A stretch of 64,000 nt of DNA from a bacterium (GTDB lineage: Bacteria; Patescibacteriota; Minisyncoccia; Phycocordibacterales; CAIZLB01). The DNA is taken from NCBI GenBank assembly GCA_027490575.1, contig JAIXXV010000032.1, positions 13,211 through 77,210 on the forward strand. The letters are read 5' to 3'. Each line of letters opens with the position of its first letter. The first letter of the stretch is position 1. The translations under genes and the position numbers were made by a program. Below, in pieces: positions 28,449 through 37,114 of this stretch. The notes under the pieces were generated by a model. It did not search any database. It was given only the letters and a program-made list of their open reading frames with translations, and had not been told where the DNA came from.

Positions 28449-30569
28449 ATGAACAATAAAAGAATAGGTACAATATCCCTAAACTCCAAGGGAAAAGGCT
28501 TCGTCGAGATAGAGGGTCAGGAGCTAGATATACCGGTAGAGCCTAGGGACATATCTACAGCGCTTCCAAGCGACACAGTTGAGATAGAGCTATACAGCGG
28601 TTTTAGAGGCGCTGAATACGGCAAAGTACTTCGGGTGATAGAGCGCAAGAAAACCCAGTACGTAGGGACGATCATAAAGGGTGAAAATACGTCTTGGTAC
28701 AACCAGGACCCTGAAAGCTATGCCGACCTAAAAGATGTTTTGGTTTTGGCACCAGATGACAAGAGGGCTAATATAATCATTAAGATAGATCAAGATGGTT
28801 TCGAAGACGAATCTCATGACAAAGACATCGCGCTTACGGGTGCTGGCGCAGTCATAAACAATGTCACCAAGCACGAGATACGTGAGAGCTTTAAAGCTAT
28901 AGCAAAAATAGACCTTGAGACATGGTCAGATAGAGATGGTCGAGTTCCTCATGGATACATCACTAGGGTTATTGGAGAAAAAGGCGAAAACAATGCCGAA
29001 ATGGAGTCTATAGTACTAGAAAGAGGTTTTGATACGACTTTCTCATCAGAGGTTATCAGAGAGGCCGAGGAAGCTGCCAAGGACTATAGTTCTCTATCCC
29101 CTTCTGCAGAAGAGCTGTCTTCGAGAAGAGACATGCGAGGAGTATTCACATGTACTATCGACCCATTTGATGCAAAAGACTTCGACGATGCTCTTTCCAT
29201 AAGAGTTCTTTCTGACTCAGAGAAAAAGGCTTGGTCTGACGAGACGAAGAGTTATAGTGGTACGGACTTACCTGAGGCTCATTTTGAAATAGGTATACAC
29301 ATCGCTGACGTTGCACACTATGTACGTCCCGGGACTGCACTTGATATGGAAGCAAGACGTAGAGCTTTTTCTGTGTACTTAGTAGATAGAACTATCCCTA
29401 TGCTTCCATCAGTACTTTCAAATGGTATGTGTAGTCTAAACCCGCATGAGGATAGATTCGCATTTTCTACTATTTTCCTGATGACAAAAGACGGGCGTAT
29501 TTTGGACAAATGGTTTGGGCGGACAATCATTTACTCAGATAGACGTTTTTCATACGAAGAGGCCCAAGATGTTTTAAATGGCAAACTAGAAAGTGAATAT
29601 GCACAGCAGATAAAAGATTTTGACCATATTGCAAAGATAATGCAAAAGCAAAGAAAAGATAAAGGTTCTATCGACTTTGAGACAACTGAGATAAAGTTCA
29701 AACTAGACGAGCAAGGTCGCCCTATAGCTGTATACAAAAAAGAAAGACTTGATGCTCACAGACTTGTAGAAGAATACATGCTCTTGGCCAACAGAGAAGT
29801 TGCCGAGTATATCTCAAAGAAAAATAAAGAAATAAAAACTGAAAAAGCTGGAGTATACCGTGTCCACAATTCACCAGACTTTGAAAGACTTACTGACCTT
29901 GGTATCTTTGTGAGAGCACTAGGATTTGAATTTCATCCAACCAAAAACATTACCCCTAAGGACGTACAGAAGCTTCTCAGTGACGTTGAAGGTTCGCCTG
30001 CCGAAGCCGTCATCAAAGTAGCAACTCTACGCTCTATGGCAAAGGCCACTTATGCTACTTCCAACACTGGTCACTTTGGACTAGCTTTTGATTTCTACAC
30101 CCAGTTCACTTCACCTATCAGACGTTACCCTGACTTGATGGTTCACCGTATTCTTGCCCTGCTACTAGAAGGTAAAGTTGTACCGCACCAGATGGCTATA
30201 ACACTTGAAAAGATATGTCTCGACTCATCAAAACGTGAAGTAGAGGCCGCCGATGCAGAACGCGCATCTGTAAAGTACAAACAAGTAGAGTTTATGATGA
30301 ATAAGATTGGTCAGACTTTCGAAGCAACAGTTTCTGGTATCTCTGATTGGGGTATGTATGTTGAGGAGCCTGAGTCAAAAGCAGAAGGTCTCATAAGACT
30401 TAAGGACCTAAAACCTGACGACTTCTACAGCGTAGATCAAAAGAACTACAAGATCATTGGTCAAAATACTAAAAAGGAATTCAATATTGGTGACAAGATA
30501 ACTGTAAAATTAGTTAGTGCTGACTTGGATGCGAAGATGTTGGATTTTCAGGTTGTGACTCAAAGCTAA
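28449..30569 (+). CDS. rnr: Ribonuclease R / exoribonuclease II family (RNB domain plus C-terminal S1)
   Basis: RNB catalytic region (CTIDPFDAKDFDDALS, HIADVAHYV), a following NSPDFERL region and a C-terminal S1-like domain. Confidence 0.85.
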   Translation: MNNKRIGTISLNSKGKGFVEIEGQELDIPVEPRDISTALPSDTVEIELYSGFRGAEYGKVLRVIERKKTQYVGTIIKGENTSWYNQDPESYADLKDVLVLAPDDKRANIIIKIDQDGFEDESHDKDIALTGAGAVINNVTKHEIRESFKAIAKIDLETWSDRDGRVPHGYITRVIGEKGENNAEMESIVLERGFDTTFSSEVIREAEEAAKDYSSLSPSAEELSSRRDMRGVFTCTIDPFDAKDFDDALSIRVLSDSEKKAWSDETKSYSGTDLPEAHFEIGIHIADVAHYVRPGTALDMEARRRAFSVYLVDRTIPMLPSVLSNGMCSLNPHEDRFAFSTIFLMTKDGRILDKWFGRTIIYSDRRFSYEEAQDVLNGKLESEYAQQIKDFDHIAKIMQKQRKDKGSIDFETTEIKFKLDEQGRPIAVYKKERLDAHRLVEEYMLLANREVAEYISKKNKEIKTEKAGVYRVHNSPDFERLTDLGIFVRALGFEFHPTKNITPKDVQKLLSDVEGSPAEAVIKVATLRSMAKATYATSNTGHFGLAFDFYTQFTSPIRRYPDLMVHRILALLLEGKVVPHQMAITLEKICLDSSKREVEAADAERASVKYKQVEFMMNKIGQTFEATVSGISDWGMYVEEPESKAEGLIRLKDLKPDDFYSVDQKNYKIIGQNTKKEFNIGDKITVKLVSADLDAKMLDFQVVTQS

Positions 30570-30730
30570 TATTTTCCAAGAAGAGATACTAGCTTGACGA
30601 TTTTATGCCGTTGAGTATTATGTAGGTGTAAAGCTAGTATATTTTGATTGGGGCGAAGAGCAGAAAATCGGCTCGGCTGCCAGCGACTCATTCATGAGTT
30701 ATGCGATGGAGGAATTGCCGACCTCCCACC

Positions 30731-31015
30731 TCAATCAATCTGTATTAGCTTTTTGAATTTCCTACGTGTATATTTTATATCGACAATCATTGCAGTTACA
30801 GCGCTGTTTATTCCATTTACTTCGATTACCACACCTACGTACCTGTCATTCACTCTAGACACCAGTATAAACCTTCTTTTGGCTAGGTCTTTTAAACTTT
30901 TTTTATCACTTATATATATTTCACTACAATTGTTTAATGTGTTTTGAATATTGTTAATTAAATATTCATGTACAACATGTTTACACATAATATGATTCAG
31001 TGTTCTACCAGACAT
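30731..31015 (-). CDS. Hypothetical small protein, possibly a DUF4258-like toxin remnant
   Basis: 94-aa ORF in a ~30% GC degenerate stretch. The C-terminal RRFILVSRVNDRYVGVVIEVNGINSAVTAMIV weakly resembles the DUF4258 beta-core. Confidence 0.25.
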   Translation of the reverse strand: MSGRTLNHIMCKHVVHEYLINNIQNTLNNCSEIYISDKKSLKDLAKRRFILVSRVNDRYVGVVIEVNGINSAVTAMIVDIKYTRRKFKKLIQID

Positions 31016-31252
31016 GTATAAACTATGCCTTTTAATTTTAAACTTTAATTACACTGGTTGACAACTCAAACTCACTATCATTTTCTTTACACATCAAAAA
31101 ATACTACCGCCATGTGTATTAAGAAAACTTGAAGGAAATATAAATAAAAAAGCAGATACTAGAGGATCCAACAGACTGGAGCCTATTGTTTCTTAGTATC
31201 CGCCTTGGGCGAGGGTTGTTAGTGTTGGGATGACTGCTCCACCTATGTGGAT

Positions 31253-31666
31253 TTAGATCCGTTGCAGAACTGACTTGGATGTTACTTTACCAGCTAATCC
31301 GAGAGAGAACCAGCGGTCAATTTTCAACGCCGCCTCGTGAGTGTCGCATTTTTCCATCACGGCAACGAAATCAAGTTGGTTACCACGGCACCTACATGCA
31401 TGGTTGTGACAGACCCAGCGATTCCTGGAGAGAGTCACTTTAAATACGTTTCCGCTATCGCCTGGGTGAATAGGACAAGGACCAACCAGACTACTGCCAT
31501 TGCGAGTTGGCTGCATTTTTGATTTGAAGCCGTAGTATCCCAACAACCTCTCTAGGGATACAGCGGCCTTAACCGCTTTAAGATCAATAGATATTCTCTT
31601 CATATACAGAACGAACAATTTGAGTTTATTGGGTATCTGCACTTTACAGACACTTCCACTACTCAT
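31253..31666 (-). CDS. Stand-alone CHC2-type zinc-finger protein (primase/TraC-like zinc-binding domain only)
   Basis: GPCPIHPGDSGNVFKVTLSRNRWVCHNHACRCRGNQLDFV matches the CHC2 zinc finger (CP.H.e.tpSf.v......w.CfgC...GD.i.F). GC is ~50% against ~38% background. The start overlaps the nudix stop by 4 nt (ATGA). Confidence 0.6.
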   Translation of the reverse strand: MSSGSVCKVQIPNKLKLFVLYMKRISIDLKAVKAAVSLERLLGYYGFKSKMQPTRNGSSLVGPCPIHPGDSGNVFKVTLSRNRWVCHNHACRCRGNQLDFVAVMEKCDTHEAALKIDRWFSLGLAGKVTSKSVLQRI

Positions 31667-32151
31667 ATTACCAGACCGTTGGCTTTATGTAAATTTGACA
31701 CCGGAGAAATGGATTGAAGGATTAACTCTTTATGTGATGGAATTAATCCGTCAGGAAGGTTGTTTAAGTTGAAAAATTCCGCTTCGATTATTTCCTTAGG
31801 ATCAAGCAATTGTGTTCCACCGGTGAGCCGTGCAACGAATGTAATCTCCAGACGCAATTTAAAGCCACTTTTAATTCGTAGTAATCGCTCCACATGAACC
31901 TCGTACCCAGTTTCTTCCTTTAACTCTCGTTGGACAGTCTGTTCTATTGTTTCGCCGGAAATTGCATACCCACTCGGTAACCCCCAAGAACCGGATTTCC
32001 AAAAACGGTGCCTTAAAAGTAAAATCCGACCATCATTATCAAACACCACTGCCGATGTACCTAAAATAAATTTTGAATGGAAAATCCAAAGTATTCTCCA
32101 CTGAAGATATCCTCCCATTTTTCTCCAAAAAGTTGCTAGTGTTGAATACAT
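31663..32151 (-). CDS. NUDIX hydrolase
   Basis: Nudix box GYAISGETIEQTVQRELKEETG. Confidence 0.75.
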   Translation of the reverse strand: MYSTLATFWRKMGGYLQWRILWIFHSKFILGTSAVVFDNDGRILLLRHRFWKSGSWGLPSGYAISGETIEQTVQRELKEETGYEVHVERLLRIKSGFKLRLEITFVARLTGGTQLLDPKEIIEAEFFNLNNLPDGLIPSHKELILQSISPVSNLHKANGLVI

Positions 32152-32160
32152 GGTGGTAAT

Positions 32161-34539
32161 TTATTTAGCAACCGCCACCGCCTCATCAAAAGCTATAGAC
32201 AACAACTTAGAGTATCCCTCACCTCCCATCGTCACTCCGTATATAACACCAGCACGTGACATTGTCTCTCTATTGTGAGTTATAAGTATAAGCTGTGAAT
32301 GTTTAGACAAAGCCTCAATCATATCTCCATACTTTCTAGAGTTAGCCTCGTCGAGCGCTGCGTCTGTTTCATCTAGTATTACAAATGGTGGTGGATTTAC
32401 CTGTGACATTGCAAAGAGTAGTGCAATAGATGTTAGCGCTCGTTCACCTCCTGAGAGCATTGTAAGTCCCTTTATGCGTTTATGTGGCAAAGAAACATTG
32501 ATCTCAATACCTTCTTCGGCCGGTTCGTCACCATCTAGCTCTTCAGCAAGAGCAACTGACAAGTCACCACTGTCATCCTCCAGGTCACCCTTCTTTTTCT
32601 TTCGCTTTATTTCTTTTATGAGTTTAAGCTCGGCTGTACCACCTCCAAACATTAGTCCAAAAAACTTTCCAAACTCTTTATTGATTTTAGAAATACCATC
32701 CTTGAAAAGTTCACTGAGTTTTTGATTTAACTCATCTATCAGAAGTTTCAATGATTCTGAAGAAGTTATCAAATCTTGTAGCTCTTTCGCCAAGAAAATA
32801 TCCCTTTCCTCCGCATCTTTGTATTCTCGAACTATATCGTCGCCTCCACCGCCACCCATTTCCTCAAGTCTGATCTTTGATTTTTCCACAGCACGTCTTC
32901 TATCCACTTGGGCATGTCTATCTTCGACAACAGAGAAGTCAACTTCGGCGTTTTCATAATCCACAGCGTCTCTACCAACAAGCATGTGCGCCTCTTGTAT
33001 TTCACTTTTAAATTCTTCCTCCTCAACTCGAAGTCTTTCTTCTTTGGCCTTTACGGTCTCTATATGAGAATGTAACTCATTTTGCTTGGACATTATCACA
33101 AGTACAGCCTTTTCACTTTCAACATTCTTATCACGTTCTTTGTCTATATCCACTTTTATCTGTGTATATCTTTCTGATTGCTTTAATTCTTCTTCAGAAA
33201 ATGTTCTGAGTTTTTCCTCAAGAGTTTTCATTTCCTCGGATATGCGCTTTATCTCAGCTTCCTCTGTCTCAGTGCTGTTTTGCGGCTTCTCAACGTGATC
33301 TGATTCTTTGTGATAATTTACAAAACTACTAATACGCTCATGAATATCTTGGATAGATTGTTTTACGTAAGCCAATCTTTGTTCTGGAGATGCATTTGCA
33401 TGATCACCAATGCCGTCTATGGCTTCCAGAGCAACAGTTGCTTTGACGTCTATATCTTTTTGAATGAGCTCCACATCTTTCAAGTAGACTTGCTTAGTAC
33501 TTTGCACATCAATGTGGTTTTCTGACTCCTTTATCTTTTTATCTATAACTCTTTTTAGATATGAAATCTCACCTTCTAGTCGCCCTATCTCCCTGGTGCA
33601 AGAGTCTTTCTTGGCTCTAGTATCTCGCATCTCTTGCTCAAGTGACAAGAGTCCAGACATACTACTGCTTTGCCCTAGGTTGGCCTTTGCTTCATCCAGT
33701 ATAGACTTGTGGTGAACTAGCTCTTGGTGCAACTTTTCTAGCTCTTCTTGCGGAGCTTTCTTTTCATTTGACAGTCTAGCTTTCTCCATTTTTATATAAT
33801 GATTTTCACGAGCAAAATACTCTTTGTACATACCAACCAACTCTTGGCGCAAAACCACAGCCTTTTCAATCTTCTCCACCTGCTTCTTCAAAAATTTTAT
33901 ATGTGGTGCGATCTCACGCCTAAGTGACTCAATCTCTTTGATGTGATTACCCGTTTTCTCTAGCTTCTTTTCACTTTCTTGTTTTTTGTATTGATACACC
34001 TTTAGACCTAGTGCATCCTCTATCATCTCTCGCCTATCTTTTGGTTGAGCTGACAAAAGTCTATCAGCTTCACCTTGCGAAATGATATGGTGACCAGACG
34101 AGCCTATATTGGCATAAGCCAAAAGCTCCACGACATCTTTTAGTCGCACAAGCGTGCCGTTTATAAAATACTCATTAACACCATCTCTATGGACCACACG
34201 CTCTATAGAAATCTCATCGAAGTCCATGTTGAACATCCGGTTCGTATTATCGAAAACAACTTTCACTGACGCCCTGTTTGCACGCGCACTGTCCTTACCT
34301 CCGTTGAAGATAAGATCCTCGCCTTTTTTCCCTCTCATAGACTTGAGTGATTGCTCACCAAGCACAAAACGAAAAGACTCCGCCACATTTGACTTACCCG
34401 AGCCGTTTGGACCAACAATAGATGTTATAGGAGAAGTGAAGGTCAAAGATCCCTTTTTTGAAAATGATTTGAATCCGTTTATTTCTAGGGATTTTAGACG
34501 TGAGACGAAGGACATGGTTTTACAGTTATCAGTTAGCAA
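32161..34539 (-). CDS. smc: Short SMC-family chromosome segregation ATPase (probable true start at Met 34516, MSFVSRLKSLEINGFKSF)
   Basis: N-terminal Walker A GPNGSGKSN, long coiled coils, and a C-terminal signature LSGGERALTSIALLFAM with Walker B FVILDETDAALD. The rnc-smc gene order is as in Firmicutes. The ORF-track start is an in-frame TTG. Confidence 0.75.
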   Translation of the reverse strand: MLTDNCKTMSFVSRLKSLEINGFKSFSKKGSLTFTSPITSIVGPNGSGKSNVAESFRFVLGEQSLKSMRGKKGEDLIFNGGKDSARANRASVKVVFDNTNRMFNMDFDEISIERVVHRDGVNEYFINGTLVRLKDVVELLAYANIGSSGHHIISQGEADRLLSAQPKDRREMIEDALGLKVYQYKKQESEKKLEKTGNHIKEIESLRREIAPHIKFLKKQVEKIEKAVVLRQELVGMYKEYFARENHYIKMEKARLSNEKKAPQEELEKLHQELVHHKSILDEAKANLGQSSSMSGLLSLEQEMRDTRAKKDSCTREIGRLEGEISYLKRVIDKKIKESENHIDVQSTKQVYLKDVELIQKDIDVKATVALEAIDGIGDHANASPEQRLAYVKQSIQDIHERISSFVNYHKESDHVEKPQNSTETEEAEIKRISEEMKTLEEKLRTFSEEELKQSERYTQIKVDIDKERDKNVESEKAVLVIMSKQNELHSHIETVKAKEERLRVEEEEFKSEIQEAHMLVGRDAVDYENAEVDFSVVEDRHAQVDRRRAVEKSKIRLEEMGGGGGDDIVREYKDAEERDIFLAKELQDLITSSESLKLLIDELNQKLSELFKDGISKINKEFGKFFGLMFGGGTAELKLIKEIKRKKKKGDLEDDSGDLSVALAEELDGDEPAEEGIEINVSLPHKRIKGLTMLSGGERALTSIALLFAMSQVNPPPFVILDETDAALDEANSRKYGDMIEALSKHSQLILITHNRETMSRAGVIYGVTMGGEGYSKLLSIAFDEAVAVAK

Positions 34540-34560
34540 TTAACAGTTAAAGAATTAAGA
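34521..34560. repeat. Heptamer-periodic repeat immediately upstream of smc
   Basis: cagttat cagttag caattaa cagttaa. Confidence 0.5.
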
Positions 34561-34655
34561 AATCAATAGTTAATCCAATGTTGATTGTTGGCTATATTTT
34601 AGCATCTTTGAAGGAGGATACAAAGGAGGGTTTGCGCTAATTTAAAAGTTAATGA

Positions 34656-35348
34656 CTACACCTCCCATCCCTTCAACTGTATAGCCTTCTGCGCCGCATC
34701 TTGTTCAGCCTCTTGTTTAGATTTACCCTCACCTGTTGTCACTAAGTCATCTTTCAAGTAAACACCAACTGTAAAAACTTTGTTGTGGTCTGGACCGATT
34801 TCTTTGATGATTTTATAAGATGGTGTTATAGCTGTTTTTTCTTGAGCTAATTCTTGGAAAAAACTTTTTGAGTCTATGAACTTTCTCTCAGCAATCATAT
34901 CGTCTGTAAGATCAAATAGCTGGCTGGCAACGAAGTCACGAGCTTTGTCATAACCACTGTCTATATATATGGCACCAATGATAGCCTCGAAAGCATTTGC
35001 AAGTATAAACTGCCTAGCGCGTCCCGTATCTTTTGCCTCACCTTTTGAAAGCATCATGAAAGAGTTCACGCCAAGCTTTTCAGCTGCAGTTGCCAATGTA
35101 TTTGAGTTAACCAGAGCCGATCTGTACGCAGTCAAATCACCTTCTGGCTTATCAGGGTACTTGTTGTATAGATAATCAGTGATGACGAGTTCGAGTACAG
35201 CATCACCCAAAAACTCCAGACGCTCATTGTGCTCCAGCTTTGTGTTTTTATTTTCGTTTAGATATGAACGATGGATAAATGCTTGCCTAAGCAAGTCTTT
35301 ATTGTTGAATTCTATAGCTATACTTTTTTCGAATATATTGAAATCCAT
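34656..35348 (-). CDS. rnc: Ribonuclease III
   Basis: RNase III signature ERLEFLGDAVLELVITDYLY and a C-terminal dsRBD. Confidence 0.9.
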   Translation of the reverse strand: MDFNIFEKSIAIEFNNKDLLRQAFIHRSYLNENKNTKLEHNERLEFLGDAVLELVITDYLYNKYPDKPEGDLTAYRSALVNSNTLATAAEKLGVNSFMMLSKGEAKDTGRARQFILANAFEAIIGAIYIDSGYDKARDFVASQLFDLTDDMIAERKFIDSKSFFQELAQEKTAITPSYKIIKEIGPDHNKVFTVGVYLKDDLVTTGEGKSKQEAEQDAAQKAIQLKGWEV

Positions 35349-35395
35349 TTTGTTAATTCGTATTTATATTTTTGTTTGTTTTTGTCTTTTGTCGG

Positions 35396-35438
35396 GCCAA
35401 CTGTTAACTGCTATCTGATATCTGTCATCTGACACCTG
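35396..35438 (-). repeat. Heptamer-periodic (NNTANCAG)n repeat between the nusB-nudix stop and the rnc start
   Basis: On the minus strand: gtgtcag atgacag atatcag atagcag ttaacag. Confidence 0.6.
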
Positions 35439-36362
35439 TTAAGCTACCACGTTCTGTTTTTTAAGCAATATCTGTACCGCCTTCGTAACTATTGGCAAAA
35501 TGTCATTATAAAAATTGAGCGTTAGTAGATCTTTTGCATTAAACCACCTTGCATCTGTTAGTCCTCCACTGGTTCCAAGTGTAAGCGGTATAAAGTCGGA
35601 CTTTGCCAGGTAGTAACAAACTTGCTTTCGAATCTTGCCATCTTCTGGATGAGATGCAATGTACTCATTGTTAGCCAACTCTTCCTCTATCTCAATATCT
35701 ATACCCATCTCCTCCTTAATCTCACGCATGATGCCATCTTTCATATCTTCGTCACCTTCTAATTTACCTTTTGATAGAGTCCAGTGCCCAAAAACATCAT
35801 GAACTAGAGCGAACTGCATCTCACCATCGTGCATGGCATATACCACAGCACCTCCTAGTTTTTGTATTGGCATTTCTTCATAAGGAACTTCCTTTTTCTC
35901 CTTTTTTTGCTTTTTTGTAGAAACCTCCTCCTTTCCTGGCTCGCCCATCTCTTTGTAGACAGCACCGAGTACTCCGTTTACGAACTTGCCGGATGTTTCC
36001 CCTCCGAAAGACTTCGCCAGCTCAATAGCCTCGTTGATGGCCACTTTAGCTGGTACCTCCTTCCTATCGCCAAAAATTAGCTCAAAAAGGCCTATTCTGA
36101 GCACATTTCGATCAACTATCGCAATCTTGGGTATTGGCCACTCAGGAGCTGCTTTTTCAATGATTAGGTCTATTTCAGGGTTCTTTTTAACCACACCATC
36201 TACAATGTTTTTAATAAACGAAAAATCGCCCATACCAGGAGCGAATTCTTCAACATTTCTTTGAACAATTTCACCAACAACAGCAGAGTCTGAAATACCT
36301 CGAAAGTCTCTTTCGAAAAGTGATTGTAGTGCTATTGATCGTGAAAGGTGCCTATTTGCCAT
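35439..36362 (-). CDS. nusB: NusB (transcription antitermination) and NUDIX hydrolase fusion protein
   Basis: N-terminal ~140 aa is NusB-like (SRSIALQSLFERDF...AINEAIELAK). C-terminal ~150 aa carries a Nudix box (GKLEGDEDMKDGIMREIKEEMG). Confidence 0.7.
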   Translation of the reverse strand: MANRHLSRSIALQSLFERDFRGISDSAVVGEIVQRNVEEFAPGMGDFSFIKNIVDGVVKKNPEIDLIIEKAAPEWPIPKIAIVDRNVLRIGLFELIFGDRKEVPAKVAINEAIELAKSFGGETSGKFVNGVLGAVYKEMGEPGKEEVSTKKQKKEKKEVPYEEMPIQKLGGAVVYAMHDGEMQFALVHDVFGHWTLSKGKLEGDEDMKDGIMREIKEEMGIDIEIEEELANNEYIASHPEDGKIRKQVCYYLAKSDFIPLTLGTSGGLTDARWFNAKDLLTLNFYNDILPIVTKAVQILLKKQNVVA

Positions 36363-36447
36363 ATCAAAGATATATTTTTGTAACCAACCGAATATACTTT
36401 TAGTATATATTAAGTCGTATTGTTTATCAACCGTCTATATCAACCGC

Positions 36448-36678
36448 TTACTTTGTCTTTGTAGTCTTTTTAGCTTTACTTGTGACTTCTGCTTTGTCAG
36501 CTTTAGCTTGAATACCTAGAATATCTTTCCCTTTGTAAAAACCACAATGAGAACATGCGAGGTGTTTCTTCTTCGGCTGACCACATTTTTCACATAGGAT
36601 AAAGCCTACTCCAGAAAGGGCGTGGTGACTTCTTCGGTTCCGAGTGTGACCTCGGGTATGTCGCATTTGATTTACCAT
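36448..36678 (-). CDS. rpmF: 50S ribosomal protein L32
   Basis: RNRRSHHALS...CEKCGQPKKKHLACSHCGFYKG matches bL32 (RR.H.AL....C..CGe.k..HrvC..CGyY.G). Confidence 0.75.
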   Translation of the reverse strand: MVNQMRHTRGHTRNRRSHHALSGVGFILCEKCGQPKKKHLACSHCGFYKGKDILGIQAKADKAEVTSKAKKTTKTK

Positions 36679-36784
36679 AGATGACTATTATACTGATTTT
36701 AAGAAGGTTTGCAACAGGGCCAATGCGCTTGGTATTACGCGCGCATTTCCACGAGTTTTTCAGCGTACTTAGGAGTATTTGCAT

Positions 36785-36817
36785 AAAAAAAGGCTCTCCG
36801 GTACTGGACCGGGAGCC
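36785..36817 (-). terminator. Intrinsic terminator (minus strand) ending the GC-rich unit
   Basis: Minus-strand GGCTCCCGGTCCAGTACCGGAGAGCC followed by TTTTTTTATGC. Confidence 0.55.
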
Positions 36818-36898
36818 TAGGGGTTGATTAGGGCGAAATTCAATCATTATTTGTGAGACTTGGCTCAATGATTGGTTTCTATGTTCTTAGAAAAACTA

Positions 36899-37051
36899 TC
36901 AGCTTGCTCGGCCAGGCCTGCGACGAATGTGCCCGCCTGGGTTATCACGTTCGTCCAGGTAGTGAACCACCCTGTCGTGCTCGTTTCTTGGTGTACGCGG
37001 CCGCTTGTGGCCGTTTCTTGGATTCCGCTTTAACTGACGTCCTTGTGCCAT
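36899..37051 (-). other. GC-rich (~57%) unit encoding a 50-aa extremely Arg/Lys-rich ORF (MAQGRQLKRNPRNGHKRPRTPRNEH...) with an SD-like AAGGAAA, or alternatively a structured ncRNA
   Basis: Compositional outlier between rnhB and rpmF. An ATG at 37049-37051 is preceded by AAGGAAAtcgt. The terminator lies at 36785-36817. No confident match to a known ribosomal protein or RNA family. Confidence 0.3.
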
Positions 37052-37114
37052 ACGATTTCCTTTTTTTTCGATTTTATGTGTGACCATTGTCGACTCCTGC
37101 TACCAAGCAGAAAT

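Noticed and set aside
34537-34539. smc starting at the track position (MLTDNCKTM...)
   Set aside because: The reverse complement shows TTG, not ATG, at that position. The downstream Met (34516) gives the canonical SMC N-terminus M-x-[IV]-x-x-L-x-[IL]-x-GFKSF, so the shorter start is preferred.
36700-37090. RNase P RNA or SRP RNA in the GC-rich segment
   Set aside because: By eye I could not find the conserved P4 (AGGAAAGUCCGGGCUCC / ACAGAAxCCGGCUUA) or SRP domain IV (GGAAGGAAGCAGC) boxes on either strand. Kept only as an unclassified GC-rich unit.
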